From assembly GCF_009914755.1 (NCBI RefSeq), contig NC_060926.1: a DNA stretch of 64,000 nt. One strand, given 5' to 3'. This document shows positions 1-12,373 of this stretch, piece after piece. A model generated the notes under the pieces. The model was given only the letters and a program-made list of their open reading frames with translations. It was not told the origin of the DNA and searched no databases. The DNA is from the human T2T-CHM13v2.0 reference genome, Homo sapiens. Made by a program: the position numbers and the translations under genes. Each line of letters begins with the position of its first letter. Position 1 is the first letter of the stretch.

Positions 1-76
1 AGCCAAGATCGCGCCATTGCACTCCAGCCTAGGCAACAAGAGTGAAACTCCATCTCAAAAATAAAAAATAAAAAAG
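1..76 (+). mobile_element. Alu 3' end (cut by window edge)
   Basis: gcgccattgcactccagcct...catctc followed by an A-rich tail. Confidence 0.9.
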
Positions 77-270
77 ATGGGAACAACAGACACTGGAGGC
101 CACTAGAGGGCGTGGGCGGGAGGAAGGTGAGGGCTGAAAAACTACCTACTGGGTACTATGCTCATTACCTGGGTGATGGGATCACTTGTATACTAAACCT
201 CAGCAACATGCAACTTACCCATGTAACAAACTGATACACATACCCCCTGAACTTAAAAGTTGAAAAAAAA
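77..270 (+). mobile_element. L1 3' end (L1PB/older L1PA-like)
   Basis: gggtactatgctcattacctgggtgatggg...ccatgtaacaaac...ccctgaacttaaaagttgaaaaaaaa matches the L1 3' UTR terminus. Confidence 0.8.
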
Positions 271-820
271 GACAAATAAATAAACATTTGCTTTAGAAAC
301 AAATAGCCATAACAGGAAGAAATGAGTATCGACTATTTTATTGTTACTTTTATTGATTGTCAGGCTGGTCAGAGTGATCCACTTGCGGATTCCTATAGAC
401 TTCAGAAACCTCCTACTATGCATAGGCAAAAGCCTATGAGAACATGAAGCAACATCCCGAAAGGCAGCAGAACTTGCAGAAAGAATGCAGCTAGGAAAAA
501 TTTAGTAACATTCACTGTTCCGATTTAACAGCTCAAAGGTCACAAAAACCTAGCTCTGAATTCAGGATTCTACTTGTTTTAGAGAACAAAAGCGACATGA
601 AAGGCCTTTGTGAGGTTTTGTTTAAATGACAAACTCTCCCACCAGCACTACGTAGAAAGGCGGTCAATGTATAATATGAAAAATTAAATATTTTTCATGA
701 GTTTTTGGAGGACAGATCCTGGTGTTGTTCTGAGTATTGGTATGAGCAAAGCAGAGCCTATGCCCCAGTTGTCACACTCATGGAGAAAAAGCGGAATGCA
801 TATTCCAAAACAATAGGTAA

Positions 821-1149
<329 letters not shown>

Positions 1150-1198
1150 TGAAACATAATTTTTTATGAAGCATCTGCTTTGCAAAAGAACTCAAATA

Positions 1199-1572
1199 CA
1201 GTCATGTGTCTCTTAACAACAGGGCTACATTCTGAGAAACGCATCATGAGGTGGTTCTATCATTGTGCAAACATCGCCGAGTGTACTTACACAGACCTAG
1301 ATGGGATAGCGTACTGCATACCTAGACTATGTGGTATGGCCTACTGCTCCTAGGCTACAAACCTACAGCATGTTACTAGACTGAATACTATAGGCAACTG
1401 TAACACAATGGTATTTGTGTATCTAAACACATCTAAACATAGGAAAGGTAATGTGTTGCAATTCGACCTTACAATGTCACTAAGCAAGAGAAGTTTTCCA
1501 GCTCCATTTTAATCTATAGGACCACTGTCATGTATGCAGTGGACCCAAACATCATTATGCAGCACACAACTG
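1199..1572. mobile_element. Tigger3/MER47-family TcMar DNA transposon fossil
   Basis: TA|CAGTCATG...CACAACTG|TA termini. The internal acctagatgggatagc...ctaggctacaaacct is typical of Tigger3 (Golem). Confidence 0.8.
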
Positions 1573-1957
1573 TACTTCAAAAAGAATTAGGAAAACAGGG
1601 TTTAAAGTCTGAGAGTCCAAGAAGACTCAGGGTTTCCTGCTTTCCCCATGCTTAGCACAGACCGTAGAGGGGCCCCTCAGGCTAAGGCACAGAATGACTG
1701 CAGTGGCTCTGGGTGTGCCACTGCCCAGGTCCCCTCATGAGCAAGTGTGGATGGCAGGGACCTCCTTGCTCCTCACTGGGATGTACCATCTCCTGCTGGC
1801 ACGTTAGCTTCCCCACTCCACACATATTCACCAAGTGCCTACTGTTTGTTCTAGGCTCTGCAGATGCCATGATGAAAGAGAAAGACAAGTCCTTGCCCTG
1901 TCCTCAGGGAGCTTACATTCAAGTGAAGGCAGACAAATATTTTAAAAGTCAACAAAG

Positions 1958-2203
1958 GGCCAGGCACAGCTCACTTGAGGCCAGGAGTCTGAGACCAGCC
2001 TGGGCAACAAAGAGAGATTAACCCCATCTCTACGAAAAATTTAAAAATCAGCTGGGGGTGGTGGTGTGAGCCTGTAGTCCCAAGGAGGCTGAAGAGGGAG
2101 GGTCCCTTGAGCTCAGGAGTTTGAGGCTGCAGTGAGCTACAACCACTATACTGCACTACAGCCTGGGCAACAGAGCAAGACCCCATCTCTGAGGGAAAAA
2201 AAA
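1958..2203 (+). mobile_element. AluJ-like with a left-arm deletion, inserted in L2-like sequence
   Basis: Alu body with A tail; TSD aaaagtcaacaaag/aaaggtcaacaaag. Confidence 0.88.
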
Positions 2204-3148
2204 AGGTCAACAAAGACAAGAAAATTACTTCATACAATGTTTATTTAGTTCATGAAGAAAGTGAAACAGGGTGATTTGACCTGAATGAGGGAAGGAGCCA
2301 GCCTTGCCCAGATCTGGACATGAGCGGGGATCATGGAAGGCAGCTATGGCTGGAGGGGAATAAGTCAGCAAGTGCTCCTATGAGGTGGGGAGGTAGGTGG
2401 GGGGCAGACCATTCAGCACCCAGATGCCATGGTGGAGAGTTTAGATTTTTGTTCAAGTGCAATGGAGAAACACCAGAGGGTTTTTAAGAGAGTGGGAAGA
2501 TTAATTTCTAACTAAAAAAATATGATGCTGCCTGTTATGAGAAGGAGCATAAGCCAGCTTGAAGGGCCCTGGATGCAGGGCATGTAGGAGGCCTCTGCAA
2601 TCAGGAAGGCAAGATATAACAGAGGCCCAAAGCAGCAGAGAGGGAGAGGGGGCAGATTCGAGGCATATTTTGGATGATTACTAACAGAACTCACAAATGG
2701 ACTGGATACAGGCATAAGAAAAAGGTAAATCAAGAGTGTCATAGGTAGAAGCTCAGAGATCACTTTGAAAGGAAACTTTTTTTGAACAAAAACAATTCCT
2801 TTCCTTATCCAAAAATCAGCAGTGCATGCTTTAAGGTGTCCCCCTGTAGGAGGTACAGATTTGCCTCATCTTCTAAATGTGCCCACTGGTAACCCATGGC
2901 CAGCTTCTGAAATCAGCCACATGACATCCACCATGGAGTCAGTCCATGGCAGAGAGAAGCAAGAGAAACCAGGCCATTAGACACACCCCAATTGGATCCT
3001 CATTAGCTGCACAGTCTAAGTGTGCATGCCCCGTGGCATTGCTGAAGAGCTCAGTATATTGCTCAGTTAAAAGAGGGGTTGGAGGAGACAGAAGTAGTAT
3101 TTCCTGATAGTTCAGAAATGAAAGGCAGCTCTGAGGAAAGGTTTCACT

Positions 3149-3627
3149 TTGCTATGGTTTGAATGTGTCCCCATGGTTCATGTGTTGAAGACTTGATCTC
3201 CAATGAGAGGGTGTTGGGAGGTGGGGCCTTTATGAGGCGTTTCGGTCATGGGGGCACTGCCCTCATTAATGGATTGATGCTGTCACTGCAGGATTAGGGT
3301 CCTTATTGCAGGAGTGGGTTCCTTATCAAAGTATGAGTTTGGCCCCCTCTTGCACTCACACATGCTTACGTACTCTCTCACACACACATACAAACACACA
3401 CACAGCTCTTGCTTGCTCTCTCTCTCTCTCTCTCTCCCATGAGATGTGAAAGAGAAGGCATGTGATGCCTTCTGTCACTTGAGTATGCAGCAAGAGGTCC
3501 TTCGCCAGATGCTGGTGCCTTGATCTTGCACTTCCCAGCTACCACAACGGAGCAAATAAATTTCTGTTCTTTATAAGTTACCCAGTCTCAAGTACTCTGT
3601 TATAGCAACACGAAACAAACTCAGACA
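3149..3627 (+). mobile_element. MaLR solo LTR (MST/MLT1A-like) containing (CA)n/(CT)n
   Basis: tgctatggtttgaatgtgtcccc...aataaatttctgttctttataagttacccagtctc...agaca. Confidence 0.85.
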
Positions 3628-4178
3628 CACATACACATGCATAATTTTCACCAGGTATTTATTTGCAGGAGAACTTATATCGATGGGCAAATGAAAGGAA
3701 TGCAGCCACATTCATGTTTCAAAACAATGGCTTCCCGCCACAGCCCAGCACCATTACGAAGTGTTTCTTTACAGCAAGTCCAGATGAAGATCGTGCAACC
3801 CTATTCAAAGGCTTTTAAACGTTATGGTTGCTTAATTTTTCAGGTGGACACCTGCTAATTTGCTAAGTTCAAGGGGCTTATGATGATCTTGAGAGCAGCC
3901 ATTCACAATACATAGTCCATTTAAATTCTGCAGAATAAAGATCATTTTAACCTTTTTCTTCCATTTACACATTATGCAAATGTACGTAGAGCTCACACAC
4001 ATTCTTGAGAAGGCACTTTGCCAATCCAAGATTAGGAACCCAAAGGCCCTAGTTCTGCATATTTTCTGGAGAACTGTGTGATTTCAAAATGGGGAGTTTT
4101 AATGGAGTCAAAATTTGGAATAAATAACAAGATTTGATACAGTCTTTCAAGTAAGTTTTCATGGATTCATTAATTTTC

Positions 4179-4487
4179 TTTTTTTTTTTTTTTTTTTTTT
4201 TTGAGATGGAGTCTTGCTCTGTCACCCAGGCTGGAGTGCAGTGGCGCAATCTAGGCTCACTGTAAGCTCCACCTCCCGGGTTTACTTATGCCATTCTCCT
4301 GCCTCAGCCTCCTGAGTAGCTGGGACTACAGGCGCGTGCCACCACACCTGGTTAATTTTTTGTATTTTTAGTAGAGTCGGGGTTTCACCGTGTTAGCCAG
4401 GATGGTCTCGATCTCCTGACCTCGTGATCCGCCCGCCTCAGCCTCCCAAAGTGCTGGGATTACAGGCGTGAGCCACCGCACCTGGCC
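4179..4487 (-). mobile_element. AluY
   Basis: Diagnostic gtgttagccaggatggtctcgatctcctgacctcgtgatc; TSD gattcattaattttc/gattcattacttttc. Confidence 0.93.
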
Positions 4488-6534
4488 TGATTCATTACTT
4501 TTCATTCATTCAATTGCCACCCTTGGAAACAAGGTCCAATCATATTACATAGTTTCCCCTTCTTTAAAACTGATGTTTTGAACTGGGTAAAAAGTGATCT
4601 CTTCAAACAGAAAGATGTAAGGAAAGAGACAATATAAGGACAAGTATATGTGTCAAGCTCATGGGTACCTTCAGATATGGGGGAGGCAGAGCCAGAATGG
4701 GTATTGGTTAAAAAGATGAGACTAACTTCTCACCTACAATGTTCTGTTCTTAAGATAATTATTCATATAATTTCAAAATATGTATACAGGAAAAAAAAGA
4801 CTAGCTGTAAATATGACTGAAAGGTTCATAGTGCTTCATTCTGGGATTCGGGAGATGAGCAATTCTTATTCTCTCCTTTTATCTTTCTCCTAGGAAGGAA
4901 GAAAAGAAGGGAGGGAGGGACTTATGCAATTGTTATCATCCCTTGACATTGCTGACCTGAAATCCACCAGTGCTCCTGGGACTTATCAGATCATGGGTTT
5001 CAAAAGAGTGAGGAACAGCCAGGAGCTTTCCAGCATGCTTTCATATCTCTGGGTACCTAATAACCAAATCATGGTTTCTCTGCACCATGCCTGGCAGACT
5101 TGAGGCTGCCTGCCCAGCTGACAAAACCCTGTTTCTCTGGGAACCAAGCACACTCCAGTGGGCACCTTGTGTGATGGTATCCTCCATGCCCACCCCACCA
5201 GTTCCCACCAGCCACAGCTAAAAGCATGGCTGGGATCAGGCCCCCTCCACAGACAAGTCATACTCTCTGGCGTGGGAGTCTTGAGTTGGGTCTGCAGGAC
5301 TGTTAGGTCTCTTTGTGTGATCAACCCTCTATCATAGGCAACCATACTTCACCCTGTGGCCAGAAGAACAAAAAAAACTTTGCTACAGAAATAGAATTAA
5401 ACAGAACTGCAAAAAGGCACATAGGTGGAGATGATGGCCAGAGTTCCCTTCCTATAGGAATAAGCCTTGTGATTCCTTATGATAAACACTGATTTTTGCT
5501 TAAGGCAGCTCAGGCTGGTTTCTGTGACTTACATCTTCTGTTTGTCCTAATATTTCAAGGCCTGCTGGGTGGACCCCAAGGCCTTTGATCTGGTAAGTGA
5601 GGCAAACATGCGGGACAGAATTCAGTAGGAGCCACAGAGCAAAATGCCTCATCAAAGTCTTGCTACTTCCAAAAAAAATCAAAGATGATAAACCCTTTGC
5701 AGAAGACCCTGACTGACTGTTTGGATGAGTACTGCACTTGGTTCTGGGAGGAGTCTTGATAAAGATGTCTAGGAGCCATGATCACATGCTCTAAATGTGT
5801 GCACCACAGGTCCCTTTCTGCAGTGTCCTGCTCCAGCCACATGTGGAAGCATTGTCAGGTCTGTGTTCATTTTGTTCCATGTCAGGCATGAATGCTAGAT
5901 GCTCTGCAAGCATCCTCCTGCATCCTTCCTCATCTTCCTGCATCCTCTCCCAACCCTGCAAGATGGCATTGTCTCCACCCAACAGGTGAGGACAGGGAGA
6001 TGCTGTGTGTTAGGCAGCACGCCGGCTGCCCAGCTAACAGGTGGCAAAGCCAGGACCCTCCACATCTGACTCCTGCCCTTTTTACCACACCTGTTTCCTC
6101 TCAGATGCTCCAAAAGCTACCACTGAAGCCTTGACAGTAGGAAGCTGTCTCCACAATGCCTTGAGGCCTCTCTGGCAGGTGAGCACCCAACCTGGCCAGC
6201 CTGCTGATCCTCAGTAGCCCTATAGGCACAGGCTTGTCTAAAGGACCCAAGTCAAATGTCACCTCTCCCATTTTTGTTCCATGCCTCTCCTCCTCCCATC
6301 TGTGTCACAGCATTTCATCTAGATCATGTGTCCCTTTCCTCTTGCATAAATTCCAGGTCTAAATGTCTCAGACCAGCTTTCACCAACAGCAGGAAAAGCA
6401 AGCTCCCTCACAGCGAGTACCTCTGCTTCTTGTTGCCACTTCATATCATTGTGGAGAGATTATAATGTCCATGGCTTGGACTAATCTCTTCCCAGCGCCT
6501 AGCTCAGTGGACAGTTTCCACTTACAGGCTGAGC

Positions 6535-7407
6535 TGTGTGAGCTCAGTGTCAACTTCAGGGTCCATCAGAATCGCCCGGAGGACTGGTTAAGACGCAGAA
6601 TGCTGGCCCCAGCCCCAGGGTCTCTGATTCTGTAGGTCTAGCGTGGGGTTTAAAACTTTGTATTTCTAATAAATTCTTGGGTATGAAAGCCTGAATAATG
6701 GCCCCCAAAGATATATAGGTCCTAATCCCTGGGATCTGTAAACATTACCTTGTAGGGGAAAAGGGACTTTGCAGATGTGATTCAGTAAAGGTACTTGAGG
6801 TAAGGAGATTATCCTGGATTATCTGCTAAACCCGAAGTATAATCTCAGGGGTCTTTATGAGAGAGAGGCAGAGGAAGATTAGATGACAGAAGAGGAGAAG
6901 GCAACGTGACAGGAAGGAGCAGAGATTGCAGTCGTGTGGTCACAAGCAGGGGGATACAGGCCACCACCAGAAGCTGGAAGGGGCAACGAATGGCGGATTC
7001 TCTGCTGCTGCAACTTGCAGAAGGAACAAACCCTGCTGCCATCTTGATTTTAGCCCTGTGAGACTCGGCTCAGACTTCAGCCCTCCAGAACTGTAACAGA
7101 ATAAATTGTTGGGTTTTTTTTTGTTTTGTTTTATTTTGTTTTGTTTTGTTTGAGACAGGGTCTTGCTATGTCACCCAGGCTGGAGTGCAGTAGTGCAGTC
7201 TCGGTTCACGAATTCCCCGGCTCAAGCGATCCTCCCACCTCAGCTCCCCTGAGGAGCTGGGACTACAGGAGTGCACCACCATGCCCAGCCTAAATTGGTG
7301 TTTTAAGCCACTAAATTTGTGGTAATTTCTAACAACAGCCACAGGAAAGACAAACAGCTTGTGATGCTTATATTGTTGTTTGGGGGTCCACACTTTGCAA
7401 ACTACTG
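6535..7407 (+). mobile_element. MER5A (hAT-Charlie) split by an MLT1C/D LTR (~6682-7356), itself split by a free Alu monomer (7114-7290, minus strand)
   Basis: MER5A halves at ~6535-6680 and 7361-7407. MLT1 starts gaataatggcccccaaagat. The monomer has TSD taaattgttg/taaattggtg. Confidence 0.78.
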
Positions 7408-7416
7408 CAAGACATC

Positions 7417-7781
7417 TGTATTAGTCTGTTCCCACACTGCTAATAAAGACATACCCAGGACTGGGTAATTTATAAAGAAAAAGAGGTTTAATGGACTCAA
7501 CAGTTCCACAAGGCTGGGGAGGCCTGACAATCATGGCAGAAGGTCAAGGAGGAGCAAAGGCATGTCTTACATAGTGGCAGGCAAGAGTGCATGTGCAGGT
7601 GAACTGCCCCTTATAAAACCATCAGATCTCATGAGACTTATTCACTATCATGAGAACGGCACGGGAAAACATGCCTCCATGATTCAATTACCTCCTACCA
7701 GGTCCCTCCCATGACACCTGGGGATTACAGGAGCTACAATTCAAGATGAGATTTGGGTGGGGACACAGCCCAACCATATCA
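7417..7781 (-). mobile_element. THE1 (THE1B/C/D-like) solo LTR
   Basis: tgtattagtctgtt...ggggacacagcccaaccatatca with a perfect 5-bp TSD ACATC (7412-7416 and 7782-7786). Confidence 0.93.
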
Positions 7782-7929
7782 ACATCTATCCCTGGCCATA
7801 TCTAATGCCACCTGGAGGATCAGGGTCTGTGTGAATGGTCCCCTGGAAACTCTGATGATGATTCAGAACAGTGCAATACTAGGTGAGTACACAGCACACC
7901 CACCACCCCCTTCACTTTAACTCATACAG

Positions 7930-8160
7930 TGGGAAAGCACACAGCAGAGGGACTACAGAGCTGAATTCCAACCCTGCCTCTACTGATTACTGGTCCTGCA
8001 GCTAAGCCAGTTCCTCAGCCTCTCCGGACCTCAGCATCTGCATCTGAAATTCAGGTATAACACCACCAGCCTCAAAGCACTCTCAAGAGCATTAAACAAG
8101 ATACTGCATCTAAGCTCCACCTGGCTTGTGGCAAGCTCTCACCAAACGTCTGCAGCTGTT
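7930..8160. mobile_element. MIR
   Basis: Degenerate MIR core (cctctccggacctcagcatctgcatctgaaat). Confidence 0.6.
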
Positions 8161-8909
8161 ATTATTTTTGTGACTGAAAACTGCTTTTAAAGTAGCTGAA
8201 TGCATATGCCCCACTCAGATCAACAGAAGCCTCTTTCTTAATGATGTGTGTTTCTTGACCCAAATTAGTAAGCAGCTCCCTCTGAGATCTGATACTGTCA
8301 TCTGCAAATTAACAGACAGAATAGTAATGAGAAAAAAATACATAGGAAGTTTAAAAAATCATATCCTCTACACTGCACTGCACATACAGCTAATCAGACT
8401 AAATCCCACAGACTAAATCCCACCCACCACCACCTTCCACCATGGGGCTCACAACAGCCGACTTCTGCCTGCCTTTCCTCTCATCTCATCTCCCCCAATC
8501 CTTTCCCACCCTCCCCCAACCCCCAAATTGCACTACAGAATAAAACTCAAGCTCCCTGGCACAGCCTAGAAACTCCAACACTGGGCCCCTGCCCATCCCT
8601 GAGGTCTAATTTCTCATGGCTCTCCCTCACCCACACAGACCATCTATTCCAAACTTAACTAGAGGACTTCCAGTTCCTCAGAAGCTGCTGACGTTTCTGC
8701 CTCCACCTATGCCACCTGCTCCGCCTTGAAAGCGCTTCCGGCTCTCCACCTTCTCCACCTTCAGCACAGCCATGATGTGTGAACTTCTCCAGAGCAGAAT
8801 CCTCCACCTTCCTGCCTGGGGGCAGAATAAGCCTGGCTATCCCTCTTCTGGAACTGAGTAGGGGAAGCAACCTTTGAGGCTGCACCATCCAGAGTGTAGA
8901 CTTTCACTT

Positions 8910-9125
8910 AAGACTAAGAGCAGGGACTCCCACATTCAAAACCTAGTTCCACCAATTCCTCATTTTAAGATCTCCAGCAATTTACTCCAGTTTCCTCATC
9001 TATAAAAAGGAGATCGTAATAGTGTCTGCCTACCACATATGGATTTTATGTGGATTAAATGAGATAATCCACATAATAAATGATGGCCAGCGTAGAGCAG
9101 GCGTTCGATAAATGTAAACTGTCAC
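8910..9125. mobile_element. MIR
   Basis: cagtttcctcatctataaaaaggagat...ggattaaatgagataat. Confidence 0.7.
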
Positions 9126-9134
9126 CAGAAGTTG

Positions 9135-10060
9135 CATAATCTGAGTGCTCCCCTTCAGAGACATCGTCCTGGGAGGATGTCGTCTTCTCCATCAAAGCCT
9201 TCACTCCTTGCACTGCCAAAGCCCCTCTGTGATGCTGTGGCTTCCAGAATCAGTGGATGAGCCCCACTAGAAAAATCTACTCATCACTCATGATTACCCC
9301 TTGTGCATCCCAGCATGAGTGTGACCTAGTGCTTGAACATCCTTATTCACCAGATTTGACTCAAGTTTGATTCCGAAATCAAACGTGCACCCAGTGAAGT
9401 GCTCCTTCTGAGAATAATCAAAACCAACATTGTGACAGAGGCTGCTGGCTAGGCTGTGATATTTCCTCTTTCTTCTGTAGTAACAGAACCACAGCGTTTA
9501 GCTGGGCACCTGGTATTGAGAATAAAAATCTTATTCGCAGCCTTCCTTGCAGCCAGAAATGGCCATGAGATGAAGTTCTAGCCAATGGGATCTGAGTGCA
9601 AACTGTGTTTTCCAAGGGATTCCCTTACAGAGAGAGGCCAAGCTTTCTCTTCCCCCTTCTCCCTTCACCCTAACTGGCATGTGACATGGCAGACATGGGA
9701 TGTAGAATATGGAAACCTCTTCTCTCCATGTTAACGCACTCAACATTCTAGAAAAAGCAGAGCAGAAGGAAGGAAACAGCATTTCTGATGCCATGTGTCA
9801 TTACAGCAGCCCTGGACTGCTTCCACCCAGGCTATGTGTTTAAACCATGACTATCTGGGGTCTCTTATGACAACCAAACCTATGTTTCAACTATTAATAA
9901 TTCATATATGTAACCGCTTCTAAAAGCATCTGCAAAAGAAAAGCTTAAACTATGTTTTAAGCAAGGATAACACTGTATGGATTTTCCCAAAGTGACTTAT
10001 TAAAGAACACTCATTGAGCTGGAGTATTTGTGTGCTGTTTGTTTAATTAGTCACACAGTT
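9135..10060 (+). mobile_element. MARNA-like ancient mariner remnant interrupted by an MLT1J/K-like LTR (~9431-9890)
   Basis: 9329-9361 translates VLEHPYSPDLT (mariner YSPDL motif). MARNA-like 3' sequence resumes at ~9920-10060. Confidence 0.6.
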
Positions 10061-10800
10061 AATCGTTACATCTCCTGAAATAGGAAGAAAAAGCAACCCA
10101 ATGGTCTAAATCCACCAATATCACCTAGACACATTCAGTGACATTTAGAATATTTTATTCTAACAAACTTTTTGAACACCACAGTTGGAAGAATAGAGAT
10201 CATTCCAACAGGTCAAGCACTGGCCCAGCTGCTGGGAGATCGGATCTGCTGATCCAGCCCTGCCGAGGGCAGCAAGACCTGCTGGGCCTCGCTTTCTGCA
10301 TCTGTAGATACTAAGGCTGAGGGACTTGGATGGGGCCAGGGACCAAAACCCTACAAACCAAAGAAAGAAATGGTCCAAAAGTAGCAACTCAAAGGAGAAA
10401 GAAAACTACTAAGAACACAAAATGAAAAACCGAAACTCAAAAGAGTTGTCCATCAGACTGCTTTATAACCATGTGTCCCCAGTTGGCACACAAACCTGTC
10501 CTGGAACAAGCCCACAGTTCTCATCAGCGCTCATCAGTGGCCACATATCCCTCTCTCCAAGGTCACTAGACCCGGTGTTGAGGGGCTGGAAGGGGAAGGA
10601 CGGCAGTGGCAATGGGGTCAACAGAGTCCCATCTCTTGGCTTATTGATGGGCATTAACATTCTTCCAAACACTCAGACCTCAAATTCAAGTTCCTGAACC
10701 CAGAGAGCCAGTCCTCACTTTTAGGGGTCTTTACTGCCATTTCTTTTCCTCTTCCACTAGGCTTAGAGAACACAGAGATTGTAAAAAAATGGGTTTTCTG

Positions 10801-10902
10801 CAGGAGGCAGAGGTTGCAGTGAGCTGAGACCGTGCCATTGCACTCCAGGCTGGGTGACAAGAGGGAAACTCCGTCTCAAAAAAAAAAAAAAGAAAAGAAA
10901 AG
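10801..10902 (+). mobile_element. 5'-truncated Alu (right-arm 3' end only)
   Basis: Perfect 16-bp TSD aaaaatgggttttctg (10785-10800 and 10903-10918). Confidence 0.9.
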
Positions 10903-11774
10903 AAAAATGGGTTTTCTGGTGCCCTTTCTCCTCTCCACCCCATAACATGGGTGAATACATAGTAAGCACATAGTTAACTGAATATATCTTAAATAAATGT
11001 CTGATCCTCTAAGAACCGAGTCACACACACACAAAAAAAATCTACGAAGGGGACTAAGCATACATGTATATATATATTTGCAGGCAAGATGGGCCTGTGT
11101 TCACACTTGGAAGGCCAAACCTTGCCCAGTGCGGTCATTTCTCCACTTCAGTTGCTGAACAACTACAGCATTTCCTAAAGGAGCTCTCACACCGAGAGAC
11201 TCACTGGCTCACAGCCTCCAGCATGAGCTACATGAAAGAGACCACCGCCAAGGAGTGACTCAAACAAGAAGCCAGGGCGCCCCGTGGCCACATCCTCACT
11301 GCAGAGGCATCTGTGAGAGCAGAGCCTGGGGCTGCTCCCCCTCACTTCCAAAGAACAGGAGGGGCCATGGGGACTCAATGAAAAGTCCTTTGATCACGAC
11401 CAGGATATGCTGGCACTATAAGGACCAAAGTCCCTCACCACAGCAAATACGAACCCTCTTGATACCCACTCATGTGTTCCTGAGCTTCTGTTTCCCCTGG
11501 AGATTCCCTCCTACTTTGGGCACGAGGTCCCTTCCTCGGTCACAAGGTACCGAGTCTCTCCAGTCCTAGTTCTATCCTTCATCACACAGAAAAGAAGAAT
11601 CAACAGTCAAGAGCCCAGCTACCTCTACATCCTTTACTTTTTGCTTTCAATTCTGATCATCTCCAGATGGAAGACACAAATCAGATCCCTAGTACAGATT
11701 CTCTAACACCCTCATTCCAAAGCTCATCAGTTATAACAAGTTAATTCCAACCAAGTTCCCCATCCTGGGGCGCA

Positions 11775-12373
11775 GCAGATTGTTTTTCTGAAGATGGCTA
11801 TGCCAATGTGGTTCCCATTCCATGTGCATCTCTCTCAGTGTGACCCTGACATTCCGTCACTGACAGTGGGTCTGGTTTCCCTTCCCTTGAACCTGGGCAG
11901 ACCTCTGCAACTTCTTTGACCAAGAGAGAATGTGGCAAAAGTGATGCAGCACACCTCCTGAGGCTGGGTCACACAAGGCAAATCGGCTTCCACCTGGTTG
12001 GCTCTTGGGACATGTGCCTTTAGAGCCCAGAGCCATCACTGAAGACGTCTGGCAACTGCAAGGCCACCATGCTAGAGGGATGAGGTGGAAAGACTACGAG
12101 AAGAGAGATGGACAAACAGCCCCATCTGTTCCAGCCCCCGGTTGTTCAAGGGTTCCCTGACCAGGCACCATGTGAGGAAGAAGCCTGTGAGATGACCCTA
12201 GCCCCAGCAACCCTCCAACTGTAACCCCATGAGGGACCCTGGGCCAGAACCACCCAGATGAGGGGCTCCCAAACTCCTGCCCCACCGAAACCATAAGCAA
12301 TAAAGAGCGATTACTGCTGTTTTAGGCCACTGTGTTTTGGGATGATTTTCTGTGCAGCCACAGTGACTGAAAC
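11775..12373 (+). mobile_element. MLT1F/G/H-like MaLR LTR
   Basis: ccttgaacctgggcagacc...gaatgtggcaaaagtgatgc...ttttaggccactgtgttttgggatg. Confidence 0.72.
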
